Virus record (IMG/VR): IMGVR_UViG_3300008255_000227
Span: 1 to 40,258 of that record
Length of the DNA: 40,258 bases
From: a virus
Taxonomy: Duplodnaviria > Caudoviricetes
Direction: 5' to 3' (one strand)
Shown here piece after piece: positions 17,471-24,876 of the stretch (within the stretch, counting starts at the first letter, position 1; each line of letters opens with the position of its first letter). The translations under genes and the position numbers were made by a program. Below the pieces are notes generated by a model. It was not told where the DNA came from and ran no database searches. It saw only the letters and a program-made list of their open reading frames with translations.

Positions 17471-18340
17471 TTAGGCCAAGGCGCGCTTGGCTTCATTCAC
17501 GGCATCATTCCAGCCGCGCACCGCGGTGGGATGTGCGCGCATCAGTTCGCGCACCGTGTGTTCATGGGCCAGCAAGCCTTCCAGAGCTTCCTTCACGCTC
17601 TTGGGCTTGCCAGGTGCTTTTTTGATGATGCCGGCGCCCTTGGTTTCCAGTTCGGTGACAACTTCCGAAATCTGGGCTTCGCGCGCCGCATCCGGCAACT
17701 GGTTCCATTGATCAATGGTCAATCCAGTGCGGCGGTGCGCTTCACATACCACATCACCAAGCGGAACCTTCCCGCCTTCGCCAAGATCAAATTCAGATGG
17801 CTGGCGATCACTGCCAATAAGTGTTTGATAATGGGATTCATCCTCGCCTTCTTCTGCACCTGGCACGGGCAGCTTGGTGACGGATTGCTTCAGGCCGGTG
17901 GCTTTTTCTGCCGCCTTTACCTGTTTGGCCGCCAGTTCCTCGTTCTGATCTTCAGAAAGGGGTTTTTCAGGCTGCACAGGCTGCGCGCCGCCGCCCAGCG
18001 CGGCATCCAGTTTCACTGCGGTGGCCGCGGTGGAATCATCAGCGCCATCGCCGTTTTCGCCCAGCGCGGGCGGTTCATCAGAATCGCCTTGGGTTTGAAC
18101 AGTCTTGCTGGCGTCATCTTCGCCCGGGCCGCCTGCGGCTTGGCCATCGGCGCCTTCGGTTTCAGCGCCTTCAGGGGCGGCAGGCGCGCTGTCATAACCG
18201 TGATACTTCAGAATGGCTTCCTGAATGTCGCCTTTCTTGTCACGGCCTTCCAGATTGATTTTTTCGCGCTGCGCGTGTTGGCGCAGCTGTGGCACCGTCA
18301 TTTCATCGATTTCCTTGACTGTGGGGATTTTCTTGCTCAT
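17471..18340 (-). CDS. Protein with N-terminal Rho-N/HeH-like domain and acidic linker
   Basis: IDEMTVPQLRQHA...KKGDIQEAIL; AAGGAA RBS; promoter candidate TTGACG-N17-CATTGT at 18431-18403. Confidence 0.7.
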   Translation of the reverse strand: MSKKIPTVKEIDEMTVPQLRQHAQREKINLEGRDKKGDIQEAILKYHGYDSAPAAPEGAETEGADGQAAGGPGEDDASKTVQTQGDSDEPPALGENGDGADDSTAATAVKLDAALGGGAQPVQPEKPLSEDQNEELAAKQVKAAEKATGLKQSVTKLPVPGAEEGEDESHYQTLIGSDRQPSEFDLGEGGKVPLGDVVCEAHRRTGLTIDQWNQLPDAAREAQISEVVTELETKGAGIIKKAPGKPKSVKEALEGLLAHEHTVRELMRAHPTAVRGWNDAVNEAKRALA

Positions 18341-18580
18341 GGCGTGTTCCTTTATGCTATGATGGGTGGATGAAAAGCCCCTTTTTCAGAGCCTGCAAAC
18401 CCACAATGGCACGGTTCTTTTCGCGCGTCAATGTAAGCGCTATATAAGCGCGTGCAGAATTTTCTATTTTTCCATTGTTTTCCCATAGGTTAGGAACAGA
18501 TTACACCCTTCATGCGTTCTGGGGTGTTAGGCGCTGTTCTTAATGTTATACATCGGAAATCATTGCGCTTTCTGGCTTTT

Positions 18581-18609
18581 ATCCCTTCTGTTGTCCTAAC
18601 AGAAGGGAT
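18581..18609. repeat. Perfect 12-bp inverted repeat in AT-rich intergenic region
   Basis: ATCCCTTCTGTT-GTCCT-AACAGAAGGGAT. Confidence 0.7.
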
Positions 18610-18624
18610 TGCCCTGCTTTATCA

Positions 18625-18640
18625 CCGTATTTTTATACGG
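18625..18640. promoter_or_regulatory. Palindromic operator copy 4
   Basis: CCGTAT-TTTT-ATACGG. Confidence 0.75.
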
Positions 18641-18650
18641 AAGAAAGTTC

Positions 18651-18679
18651 TTGCACCGACCAGCGCGCGCTGGTAATTT
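18651..18679 (+). promoter_or_regulatory. Sigma70-like promoter with palindromic spacer
   Basis: TTGCAC-N17-TAATTT; perfect 16-bp palindrome ACCAGCGCGCGCTGGT at 18659-18674. Confidence 0.6.
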
Positions 18680-18686
18680 CATCATC

Positions 18687-18770
18687 AGATGGGAAGGCGG
18701 CACCGGGCCGCGCCACGGTGTTTCATCGAAGCCACCGCTGGCTGGGGTTCAAATCCCCGCCCATCACTTA
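18687..18770 (+). ncRNA. tRNA-like RNA (non-canonical cloverleaf)
   Basis: Acceptor GATGGG/CCCATC, D stem GGCG/CGCC, CGGTG/CACCG stem with 12-nt loop, 5-nt variable loop, T arm TGGGG-TTCAAAT-CCCCG; no U8, no CCA. Confidence 0.6.
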
Positions 18771-18793
18771 ACCTTAACAAAGAGGAAAACCAC

Positions 18794-18982
18794 ATGACTC
18801 CCATGACAGCAGGCCGCGCAGCATATGAAGCCTATTGCGCCACCACGGGCTGGAAATCGGCCGTAACGGGCGCCGACCTTCCGCAATTCGTGGACACGAA
18901 ACCGGAAATTCAGGAAGCGTGGGAAAACGCCGCTGCCGCCGCGATCAATTTCCACGGCCCCGGCGAACAAGCCGCGGCATAA
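18794..18982 (+). CDS. Small phage hypothetical protein
   Basis: AGAGGA RBS; GRAAYEAY...GADLPQF...QEAWENAA motif. Confidence 0.7.
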   Translation: MTPMTAGRAAYEAYCATTGWKSAVTGADLPQFVDTKPEIQEAWENAAAAAINFHGPGEQAAA

Positions 18983-19118
18983 CCGATGCCCAGCGCGGCC
19001 CTGAAAGGGCTGGCGGTCTATCCTGCGCGCCTGCCGCAGTCGGTGGATGCAAACAGCGGGCAGAGGGGGCGGGGCGCCCTGCCCCCTCTTTAATTTTCAA
19101 ATAAAGGACGGGAATCCT

Positions 19119-19769
19119 ATGCACATCAAAATCGGAACCACAGGCCGCGGTTGGGCCATCGCTGAATTCGCTGATCGCTATGGCGCAGCGTGTTCCATCC
19201 AAAAATCATCCCTTGCCACCGAAAACGCGATATGGCTGGGCGTGGATGATGCCGATCCCAAAATAATGGCGCGCGATGCCGCGGCGCATGGGGTAGCCAC
19301 AGAAGAAACGGTGGGCTGGGTTCCATTCCCGATTCCGCAGGCCGTTCAGCTTCGCACGCGGATGCACCTTACACAGGAACAGGTGGCTGAACTTTTGCCG
19401 ATTTTGCAACACTTCGCGGAAACCGGCGAACTGCCCGAAAAGGCCCCCTGCGCGGTGGGTGACGATTGTGAAGAATGTCGGGATGAAAAAGACAGTCAGG
19501 CCGCCGCTGTTGATGCCGCGGAAACCCTGCTTAGGCACAAAATAGGTGCGGCGCTGTATGAAAAATTTGAGGGAGTCAGGTTCACGCCAGAAAACATCGA
19601 AACGGTCAAGGCCCAAATGGTGCAAGTGATCGCCGCGGTGATTCAGGAAGTGGTGCCACCGCATATCCCGATGCCGGAAGTTTCCATTGAATTTGACAAG
19701 GATACATGCGGGCTGAACATCGAAATCAGCGCGCCGCCGCGGCCTGTAACGCTTGAATTCAAGGTCTGA
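19119..19769 (+). CDS. Phage hypothetical protein
   Basis: TGRGW...FADRYG..CSIQKSSLATE.AIWLG...RMHLT.EQV motif; AAGGA RBS. Confidence 0.75.
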   Translation: MHIKIGTTGRGWAIAEFADRYGAACSIQKSSLATENAIWLGVDDADPKIMARDAAAHGVATEETVGWVPFPIPQAVQLRTRMHLTQEQVAELLPILQHFAETGELPEKAPCAVGDDCEECRDEKDSQAAAVDAAETLLRHKIGAALYEKFEGVRFTPENIETVKAQMVQVIAAVIQEVVPPHIPMPEVSIEFDKDTCGLNIEISAPPRPVTLEFKV

Positions 19770-19805
19770 AGATGCGGCCCGCGATTGTTAAAACAGGGTG
19801 ACACC

Positions 19806-19958
19806 ATGAAAGCCTATTTGCGCGGCCTGCGCCGCCGTTATATCGTGTGGATGGCACGCCGCCTGCCGGAATACAAAAGCGAAGAATTCAGGGCGATCAT
19901 GCGCGCGGAACGGCGCGCATGGGCCGCCCATGATAAACGGCAACGGCCCCGCCGCTGA
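19806..19958 (+). CDS. Small basic protein, 50 aa (not in ORF track)
   Basis: MKAYLRGLRRRYIVW...; AGGGTG RBS; fills the operon gap. Confidence 0.5.
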   Translation: MKAYLRGLRRRYIVWMARRLPEYKSEEFRAIMRAERRAWAAHDKRQRPRR

Positions 19959-19985
19959 AGCGGGCCAAAAGGAAGGAAGAAAGCT

Positions 19986-20282
19986 ATGGCAAAGAAGAAC
20001 GCCGAACAGCAACCCGTGACAAAGGAATCCATCGCCGCTGAAAATGCTGCCGCAGCTGAAGCGCAGGCTGAACAGGCACCTGAACCGAAGTGCTATGACT
20101 TTGAAGGCATCGTGCGCGCGCTGGGTGAACAGGGCATTTCCAGTGTCACCCTAAAGGACTTCACCGCAGATCCTGAATCTGGCGCGCTGGTCGGCAAGGT
20201 GTTCAAGGTCGATGGCGATGTGCTGGCCGAAGTGCGCCTGGCGGGCGATCGCGTGGTGGTTCAAAGCCACTGCGAAATCTAA
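19986..20282 (+). CDS. Hypothetical protein
   Basis: AAGGAAG RBS; ends just before a terminator. Confidence 0.7.
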   Translation: MAKKNAEQQPVTKESIAAENAAAAEAQAEQAPEPKCYDFEGIVRALGEQGISSVTLKDFTADPESGALVGKVFKVDGDVLAEVRLAGDRVVVQSHCEI

Positions 20283-20301
20283 AAAAGCCTTGATATTATA
20301 G

Positions 20302-20332
20302 AGAAAGCCCCGCTTCGGCGGGGTTTTCTTTT
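20302..20332 (+). terminator. Rho-independent terminator insulating cassette B
   Basis: AGAAAGCCCCGC-TTCG-GCGGGGTTTTCT-TTT. Confidence 0.9.
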
Positions 20333-20336
20333 ACCT

Positions 20337-20552
20337 AAACAACATTATCACATCGCTGGGAACAGGCACCGACCGCGATGTGGTCATGGTCGAATTCACC
20401 GGCGCACCCACCCTCACCCACCACGCCACCAACCTTCCCCTGCCCAATAACGCCAATATCGTGGTGGAAGCAGGCGACAAGGCGATTTTCGCCCGCCGCG
20501 GCAGCGCGGGCAGCGCGCAGTGGGATCTGATCAGCTATCTGCGGAAATCGGG
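20337..20552 (+). repeat. Tail-fibre switch repeat, copy B (216 bp)
   Basis: 10 mismatches to inverted copy C and 10 to direct copy A. Confidence 0.97.
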
Positions 20553-21009
20553 GTTGGCGCTGGGCAGCCCGAAAACTTACATTGCCACGAATTCCACATA
20601 TTCGACTGGCACCAGCGCCATCCCGACCGATGGAACGGTGCCGCAAAGCAGTGAAGGCACGGAAATTCTCACCACCACCTTCACGCCCAGCCCGGGCACA
20701 AAGCGCCTGAAGATCAGCGCAAACACCAATGTGAACATAGGTTCAACGGGTGCATATGGTGCGCTGGCTATTTTCACAAACGATAGCGCCAGCGCTTTGA
20801 ACGCCCGCGGCTTTTCAACGGTGAACGCATCAAACAACACCTTTGGGATTGGCTGTGATGCCATATATACACTGCCCGATCTGGGATCAATCACCATTTC
20901 CGCACGTATCGGGTGCAGCGGCACCTGGCGCGTGAATGGTGATAGCACCGGCACGATGTTTGGCGCCGCCGGCGTGTCGACTCTCATTGTCGAAGAACTT
21001 ATGGATTAA
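20338..21009 (+). CDS. Silent tail-fibre C-terminal cassette B (no native start)
   Basis: Same shared segment, then a second distinct C-terminal domain; in-frame TAG at 20299 with no ATG before the repeat. Confidence 0.88.
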   Translation, partial: NNIITSLGTGTDRDVVMVEFTGAPTLTHHATNLPLPNNANIVVEAGDKAIFARRGSAGSAQWDLISYLRKSGLALGSPKTYIATNSTYSTGTSAIPTDGTVPQSSEGTEILTTTFTPSPGTKRLKISANTNVNIGSTGAYGALAIFTNDSASALNARGFSTVNASNNTFGIGCDAIYTLPDLGSITISARIGCSGTWRVNGDSTGTMFGAAGVSTLIVEELMD

Positions 21010-21021
21010 GAAAGGGTTAAT

Positions 21022-21315
21022 ATGTCCAAGATCACCGATGCCATCGCCCACGCATATCCGGGCCTTCAATTTTCCATGATCAATGATGATCCGGCCACTA
21101 TTGTGTGGGCCGATAAAGAACAGGCACTTTCCAGCGCCCAGATTGCGGCCGCCGTGGAAGATTTTGACAAGGCCCAGCGCCGCCGCGAAATCATCGCTGA
21201 ACTGGCCGATATTGATCTGAAATCAATCCGGCCGCTTCGCGCCGGTGAAGGCGACAAGGTTCAGGTGCTGGATGATCAGGCAGCCGCCCTGCGCGCTGAA
21301 CTTGCGGCGCTTTAA
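21022..21315 (+). CDS. Tail-fibre assembly/accessory protein of cassette B
   Basis: Follows cassette B; shares DL.SIRPLRAGEGD...Q...LR.ELA.L C-terminus with 21312-21611. Confidence 0.75.
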   Translation: MSKITDAIAHAYPGLQFSMINDDPATIVWADKEQALSSAQIAAAVEDFDKAQRRREIIAELADIDLKSIRPLRAGEGDKVQVLDDQAAALRAELAAL

Positions 21316-21611
21316 AGCCCTGCCAGTTCTTCACGCAATAATTGGGCCTGCCTGTCTATTTCTGCCAGTCTATCCCCCTCCCCTGCCCTTAAAGGCCGGA
21401 TGCTGGCTAGATCAAGCGATGAAAGTTCTAAAATTATTTCGGCGCGCCGGCTCTCTTTTTCCACGGCAGGGGAGGGGGCGGGATTGGCATAATTACCATC
21501 TGACTGAAGGACTTGCCCCGCAATAACATCATCTGGCGCCGCCACAAAACCTTCCTGTGGTGACAGGGAAACGCTTTGAACCACTCCATTTTCAATCTGA
21601 ACAAACTTCAT
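21312..21611 (-). CDS. Tail-fibre assembly/accessory protein of the expressed fibre (cassette C)
   Basis: Follows the tail fibre gene; paralogous C-terminus; convergent stops overlap at TTAA. Confidence 0.75.
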   Translation of the reverse strand: MKFVQIENGVVQSVSLSPQEGFVAAPDDVIAGQVLQSDGNYANPAPSPAVEKESRRAEIILELSSLDLASIRPLRAGEGDRLAEIDRQAQLLREELAGL

Positions 21612-21620
21612 TTTTACCCC

Positions 21621-22685
21621 TTATAAGTATTTCTTTATGTGAACCATATTCATACGCTCTGTGAAGCCACTCACGTTGAAAGTGGGCTGTGCGGTGCTGG
21701 CGCTTTTCGGATATATTTCAATTCTGAAAGTTTTACCGGCAGCAATGGTGAAAAACCATCGATGGCTTCCAAAACCTTTCATTGCTACGTTTGATTGGTT
21801 TTTATCGTTAAGGCCGCGCCCTACCTCAACAGAGTCGGTTACGTTATAAAGCCGCGCAACAGGATCAACCGTGCCCGTGCTATAAATGGAAATAAGGGCC
21901 TCAATATCATAAGTTCCAGCGGGCAGGGTGAACTGATTGCTTGCCAGTGTCACAATGCTATCGTCATCTGACTCTTCTGTGTTTAATGGCACTGTTTGCC
22001 ATGAACGCGCGCTATAAGTAACCCATGAGCTGCCTTGTGCTAGTTCATGCACCAACCTTGCATATTTTACAGGTTCTGGCGCTTGAAGTGCTTTTCCCGA
22101 TTTCCGCAGATAGCTGATCAGATCCCACTGCGCGCTGCCCGCGCTGCCGCGGCGTGCGAATATCGCCTTGTCGCCTGCTTCCACCACGATATTGGCGTTA
22201 TTGGGCAGGGGAAGGTTGGTGGCATGGTGGGTGAGGGTAGGGGTTCCGGTGAATTCGACCATAACCACATCGCGGTCGGTGCCAGTTCCAAGCGATGTGA
22301 TAATGTTGTTTCCGGAAACTGAAATGAAGTGAGAATCCGCGGCGCCAATGTTCGTGGTGGCGGCTGATGCAATCGTGGTGCCCTTGCGCTGAAGCACGCC
22401 AAGGTTGGCGCGCGCCGCGGCATAGTCGGCCAGCCCGGTCAGGTTGTCGGCCTTGTACATATCGCCGCCGGTGGCCAGCGCCTGAATGGCTTGGCCCAGC
22501 TGGGTCAGGTCGCCATCATCAGGAGTCAGGCCCGCCAGAACGATAGCGGCGACAATCTCGCGCATCGGGTGTTCGATAGCTTCCGCAGGGGGAATGGAAC
22601 CTTCCGTGCTGGTGCTGGGGTTGGCGTTGATATAGGGGCGATCAGGATCCGCTTGGTTCCCGTTAATCGGCGGCACATAATACAT
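21621..22685 (-). CDS. Tail fibre / receptor-binding protein (expressed form)
   Basis: After the Mu gp48-like gene; N-terminal GSIPPAEAIEHPMREIV...AGLTP...DLTQL..AI anchor; C1q-like beta-rich C-terminus. Confidence 0.9.
   Translation of the reverse strand: MYYVPPINGNQADPDRPYINANPSTSTEGSIPPAEAIEHPMREIVAAIVLAGLTPDDGDLTQLGQAIQALATGGDMYKADNLTGLADYAAARANLGVLQRKGTTIASAATTNIGAADSHFISVSGNNIITSLGTGTDRDVVMVEFTGTPTLTHHATNLPLPNNANIVVEAGDKAIFARRGSAGSAQWDLISYLRKSGKALQAPEPVKYARLVHELAQGSSWVTYSARSWQTVPLNTEESDDDSIVTLASNQFTLPAGTYDIEALISIYSTGTVDPVARLYNVTDSVEVGRGLNDKNQSNVAMKGFGSHRWFFTIAAGKTFRIEIYPKSASTAQPTFNVSGFTERMNMVHIKKYL
22096..22311 (-). repeat. Tail-fibre switch repeat, copy C (216 bp, inside the expressed gene)
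   Basis: Inverted relative to copies A and B. Confidence 0.97.
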
Positions 22686-22693
22686 ATTATTCC

Positions 22694-23326
22694 CTACCCT
22701 TCATAGCTGAAAATTACCTCTGTGTGCGCGGGCTTCAGCTTGTTAATAATACACTCTAAATCATCCGCATTGTCAATCTTGGCCAGCGGATCCTTGCCAA
22801 GTTCAGACTGTGAAACGCGTAACCATGTCACGCGCGGTTCCAGAACTTCCACCCGCCAATAATAGCGCAAATCCAGCAATTCCGTCACGCCATATACCAC
22901 GGTGCTGGCGCCAATTTCTTCTTCCACCAGCCCACATTCGGACAGGCCGCACACGAAGGGCCGGAATTCCTTGAAAATGGTTTCATAGCCCAGGGCATCG
23001 GCTTGCTGCTTAAAATATCCGGTTGATTGCCCGCCTATGGCTGTCAGCTTCTGCACCACGCGGTTCCGGCGTTCTTGAATGGTCTGGCTAGGCGCAAAAA
23101 CACATTCATCAGGCAGGCCGGTGATGCGTTCCCAATCGGTCAGGGTTTCCAGCGCCGTGCGCGGGTCGGCTTCATCCAGCATATTACCCACGCGGGAATC
23201 CACGCGGTTAAGTTCAAGGGAATAGGCTTCCACCATCGCATCGCGCTGGGCAGCGCCTTCACGCGGCCATGCAAGGCCCGTGGGCAGCAAGTTCAGAAGA
23301 AGGGCTTTATAATCCCTTACACCCAT
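22694..23326 (-). CDS. Baseplate protein, Mu gp48/YmfQ (DUF2313)-like
   Basis: LLPTGLAWP...EADPRTA.E.L.DWER..GLPD.C...LEC.INKLKPAHT. Confidence 0.9.
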   Translation of the reverse strand: MGVRDYKALLLNLLPTGLAWPREGAAQRDAMVEAYSLELNRVDSRVGNMLDEADPRTALETLTDWERITGLPDECVFAPSQTIQERRNRVVQKLTAIGGQSTGYFKQQADALGYETIFKEFRPFVCGLSECGLVEEEIGASTVVYGVTELLDLRYYWRVEVLEPRVTWLRVSQSELGKDPLAKIDNADDLECIINKLKPAHTEVIFSYEG

Positions 23327-24372
23327 GTAATCACCCCGAAGGTTGCAATCTGGCCGGTTGTGTGCGTCACATCGGCGTTGGGCACGGTCACGCTGTTGTC
23401 GTTTTCACCGGCCGCCACGGAAACCGCTTCACGGATTTTTGAAAGCAGGATGGTGCCGCCAGGCTCGGCGGTACGGCGCAGAAGATCGCGCAGGGATTCT
23501 TCAACGGCGGCGCGCACTTCGGCTGTGTCAGGTGAAATTTCAATGGTGAAATCCAGCGGCACCCCAATGGGTGCGTAAACCGTCAAATCAGCGGTGGCAG
23601 GCCGGCGGCTTGGATCATCGATATATGCCTGCACCTCGGCCACCTTCCCGGCATCGGGGATGTTATCGGGCAGGCCATCCAGAACGAATGTTAGGCCAAC
23701 CGTGCCAAGCCCTGTGGGGTTGGCATAGGCCCATGCGCGCGTGACGCCCGCCACCTCTTTGGCCCACTTGACGTAATCGAAAAGCGCGCCGCCGTGCGGG
23801 GCCTGCTGGATGCGGTCAATCAGCTTTGCGCGAAGGCTTTCATCAGACTCACTGTCAAGGCCGCCAGTCAGGCCACTGGCATCAGTGGTGGCGGCAGTGG
23901 AAATGCCTGCGATGGCGTTGACCATTGCGATGGCAGAACTGCCTGGTGTGTTTCCTGCCGTGCCGGCGTTGACCGCCTTCACCGCGATGGTGACGCTGCC
24001 GCCGGAAACCGCCCCGCTGGCGGTGGTCAGGAAAAATGCGCCATCGGAACGCTTCAGGCGCGTTCCTTCAGGCACCAGCGTGCCGTTCACACCCGTGAAG
24101 ATCACATTGCCGGTGGCGTAGGTGGCGGCGGTGCGCTGAACACCCCAGATGCTGGCCCAGCGCGTCATATACTCGGCTATGGCGGTATCAGGAAACAGTT
24201 GCTGGATGGCCCATGCGATATAGCCATAAACAAGATGTACGGCCCCAGCGTATGCGCGGGCCAATATTGCAAGAAAGGAACGCGCCAGCAATTTTCCTGT
24301 GGAAAGGCGGGTTTCCACATCAGATATGATGCGGGAAACAATTTCAGGAAGTGAAGGGCGATTCCATGCCAT
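23317..24372 (-). CDS. Baseplate wedge J-like protein (Mu gp47)
   Basis: QLFPDTA; GG.D.ESDESLR; PHGGA..DY..WAKEV.GVTRAW. Confidence 0.93.
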   Translation of the reverse strand: MAWNRPSLPEIVSRIISDVETRLSTGKLLARSFLAILARAYAGAVHLVYGYIAWAIQQLFPDTAIAEYMTRWASIWGVQRTAATYATGNVIFTGVNGTLVPEGTRLKRSDGAFFLTTASGAVSGGSVTIAVKAVNAGTAGNTPGSSAIAMVNAIAGISTAATTDASGLTGGLDSESDESLRAKLIDRIQQAPHGGALFDYVKWAKEVAGVTRAWAYANPTGLGTVGLTFVLDGLPDNIPDAGKVAEVQAYIDDPSRRPATADLTVYAPIGVPLDFTIEISPDTAEVRAAVEESLRDLLRRTAEPGGTILLSKIREAVSVAAGENDNSVTVPNADVTHTTGQIATFGVITWV

Positions 24373-24384
24373 GCGCTTTTGCCT

Positions 24385-24876
24385 TTATACGAAATTCAAC
24401 TTTATGGAAGTGTTTTGCACCTTCATTTCGCTGTATTGTGCCACGGCTTCCCACAAATAGGAATATTGCTTTGATGTGCCGCGGGCAATCGTGATGGAAA
24501 GCTGAAGGCCGAACGGGCGCACCAACTGGGATTCCACTGTCACGCTGCCAGCGATTTCATCGCGCACCATCCATTCCAGCGCAGTTTCGGCGTATTCCTT
24601 GGCGCGCTGGGCCACTTCTGGCACTACCTTTTCGCGCTGGATAAGCCATAAAAGGCTGCCTGTTTTCATGGTGTCAATTTCTGGAAGGTCGCCCCACCAG
24701 CCGCGCATCGATGTTTCGCCATCCGGCAACTGTTCAGGCACCGGCGCGCGCGCATCGGTGAAAAGGGAAATCAGCACAGCACTGGCAAGGCCGCCATCGT
24801 GCAGAAGGTCGCCGTTGTCAATTTTCACATCCGCGCCGAAGTCATACCAAAGAAGCTGTGCATCGCTCATGTTCAC
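24385..24876 (-). CDS. Baseplate protein, Mu gp46-like
   Basis: AVLISLFTDARA...RGWWGD...GSLLWL..REK. Confidence 0.92.
   Translation of the reverse strand: MNMSDAQLLWYDFGADVKIDNGDLLHDGGLASAVLISLFTDARAPVPEQLPDGETSMRGWWGDLPEIDTMKTGSLLWLIQREKVVPEVAQRAKEYAETALEWMVRDEIAGSVTVESQLVRPFGLQLSITIARGTSKQYSYLWEAVAQYSEMKVQNTSIKLNFV

Noticed and set aside
18341-18620. Definite attP
   Set aside because: AT-rich, with an inverted repeat and three GTTAGG hexamers, but no core can be identified without a host sequence.
18687-18770. Canonical tRNA-Met/Ile2 (CAT)
   Set aside because: A 7-nt TTCATCG loop needs a mismatched stem; U8, a standard D-loop and CCA are lacking. Kept only as tRNA-like.
18705-19017. Antisense pairing of the tRNA-like RNA with 18993-19017 (C4/CI-style target)
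   Set aside because: Only two 9-nt GC-rich complementarities, not co-linear; plausible by chance.
13344-22311. Diversity-generating retroelement (TR/VR pairs)
   Set aside because: No reverse transcriptase ORF; mismatches are mostly synonymous third positions and not adenine-specific; the repeats are internal rather than at the C-terminal tip.
22285-22320. gix/hix or dif/Xer site at the repeat edge
   Set aside because: TAATGTTGTTT matches only 7 of 11 bases of the E. coli XerD arm, with no convincing XerC arm; no match to the gix/hix consensus.
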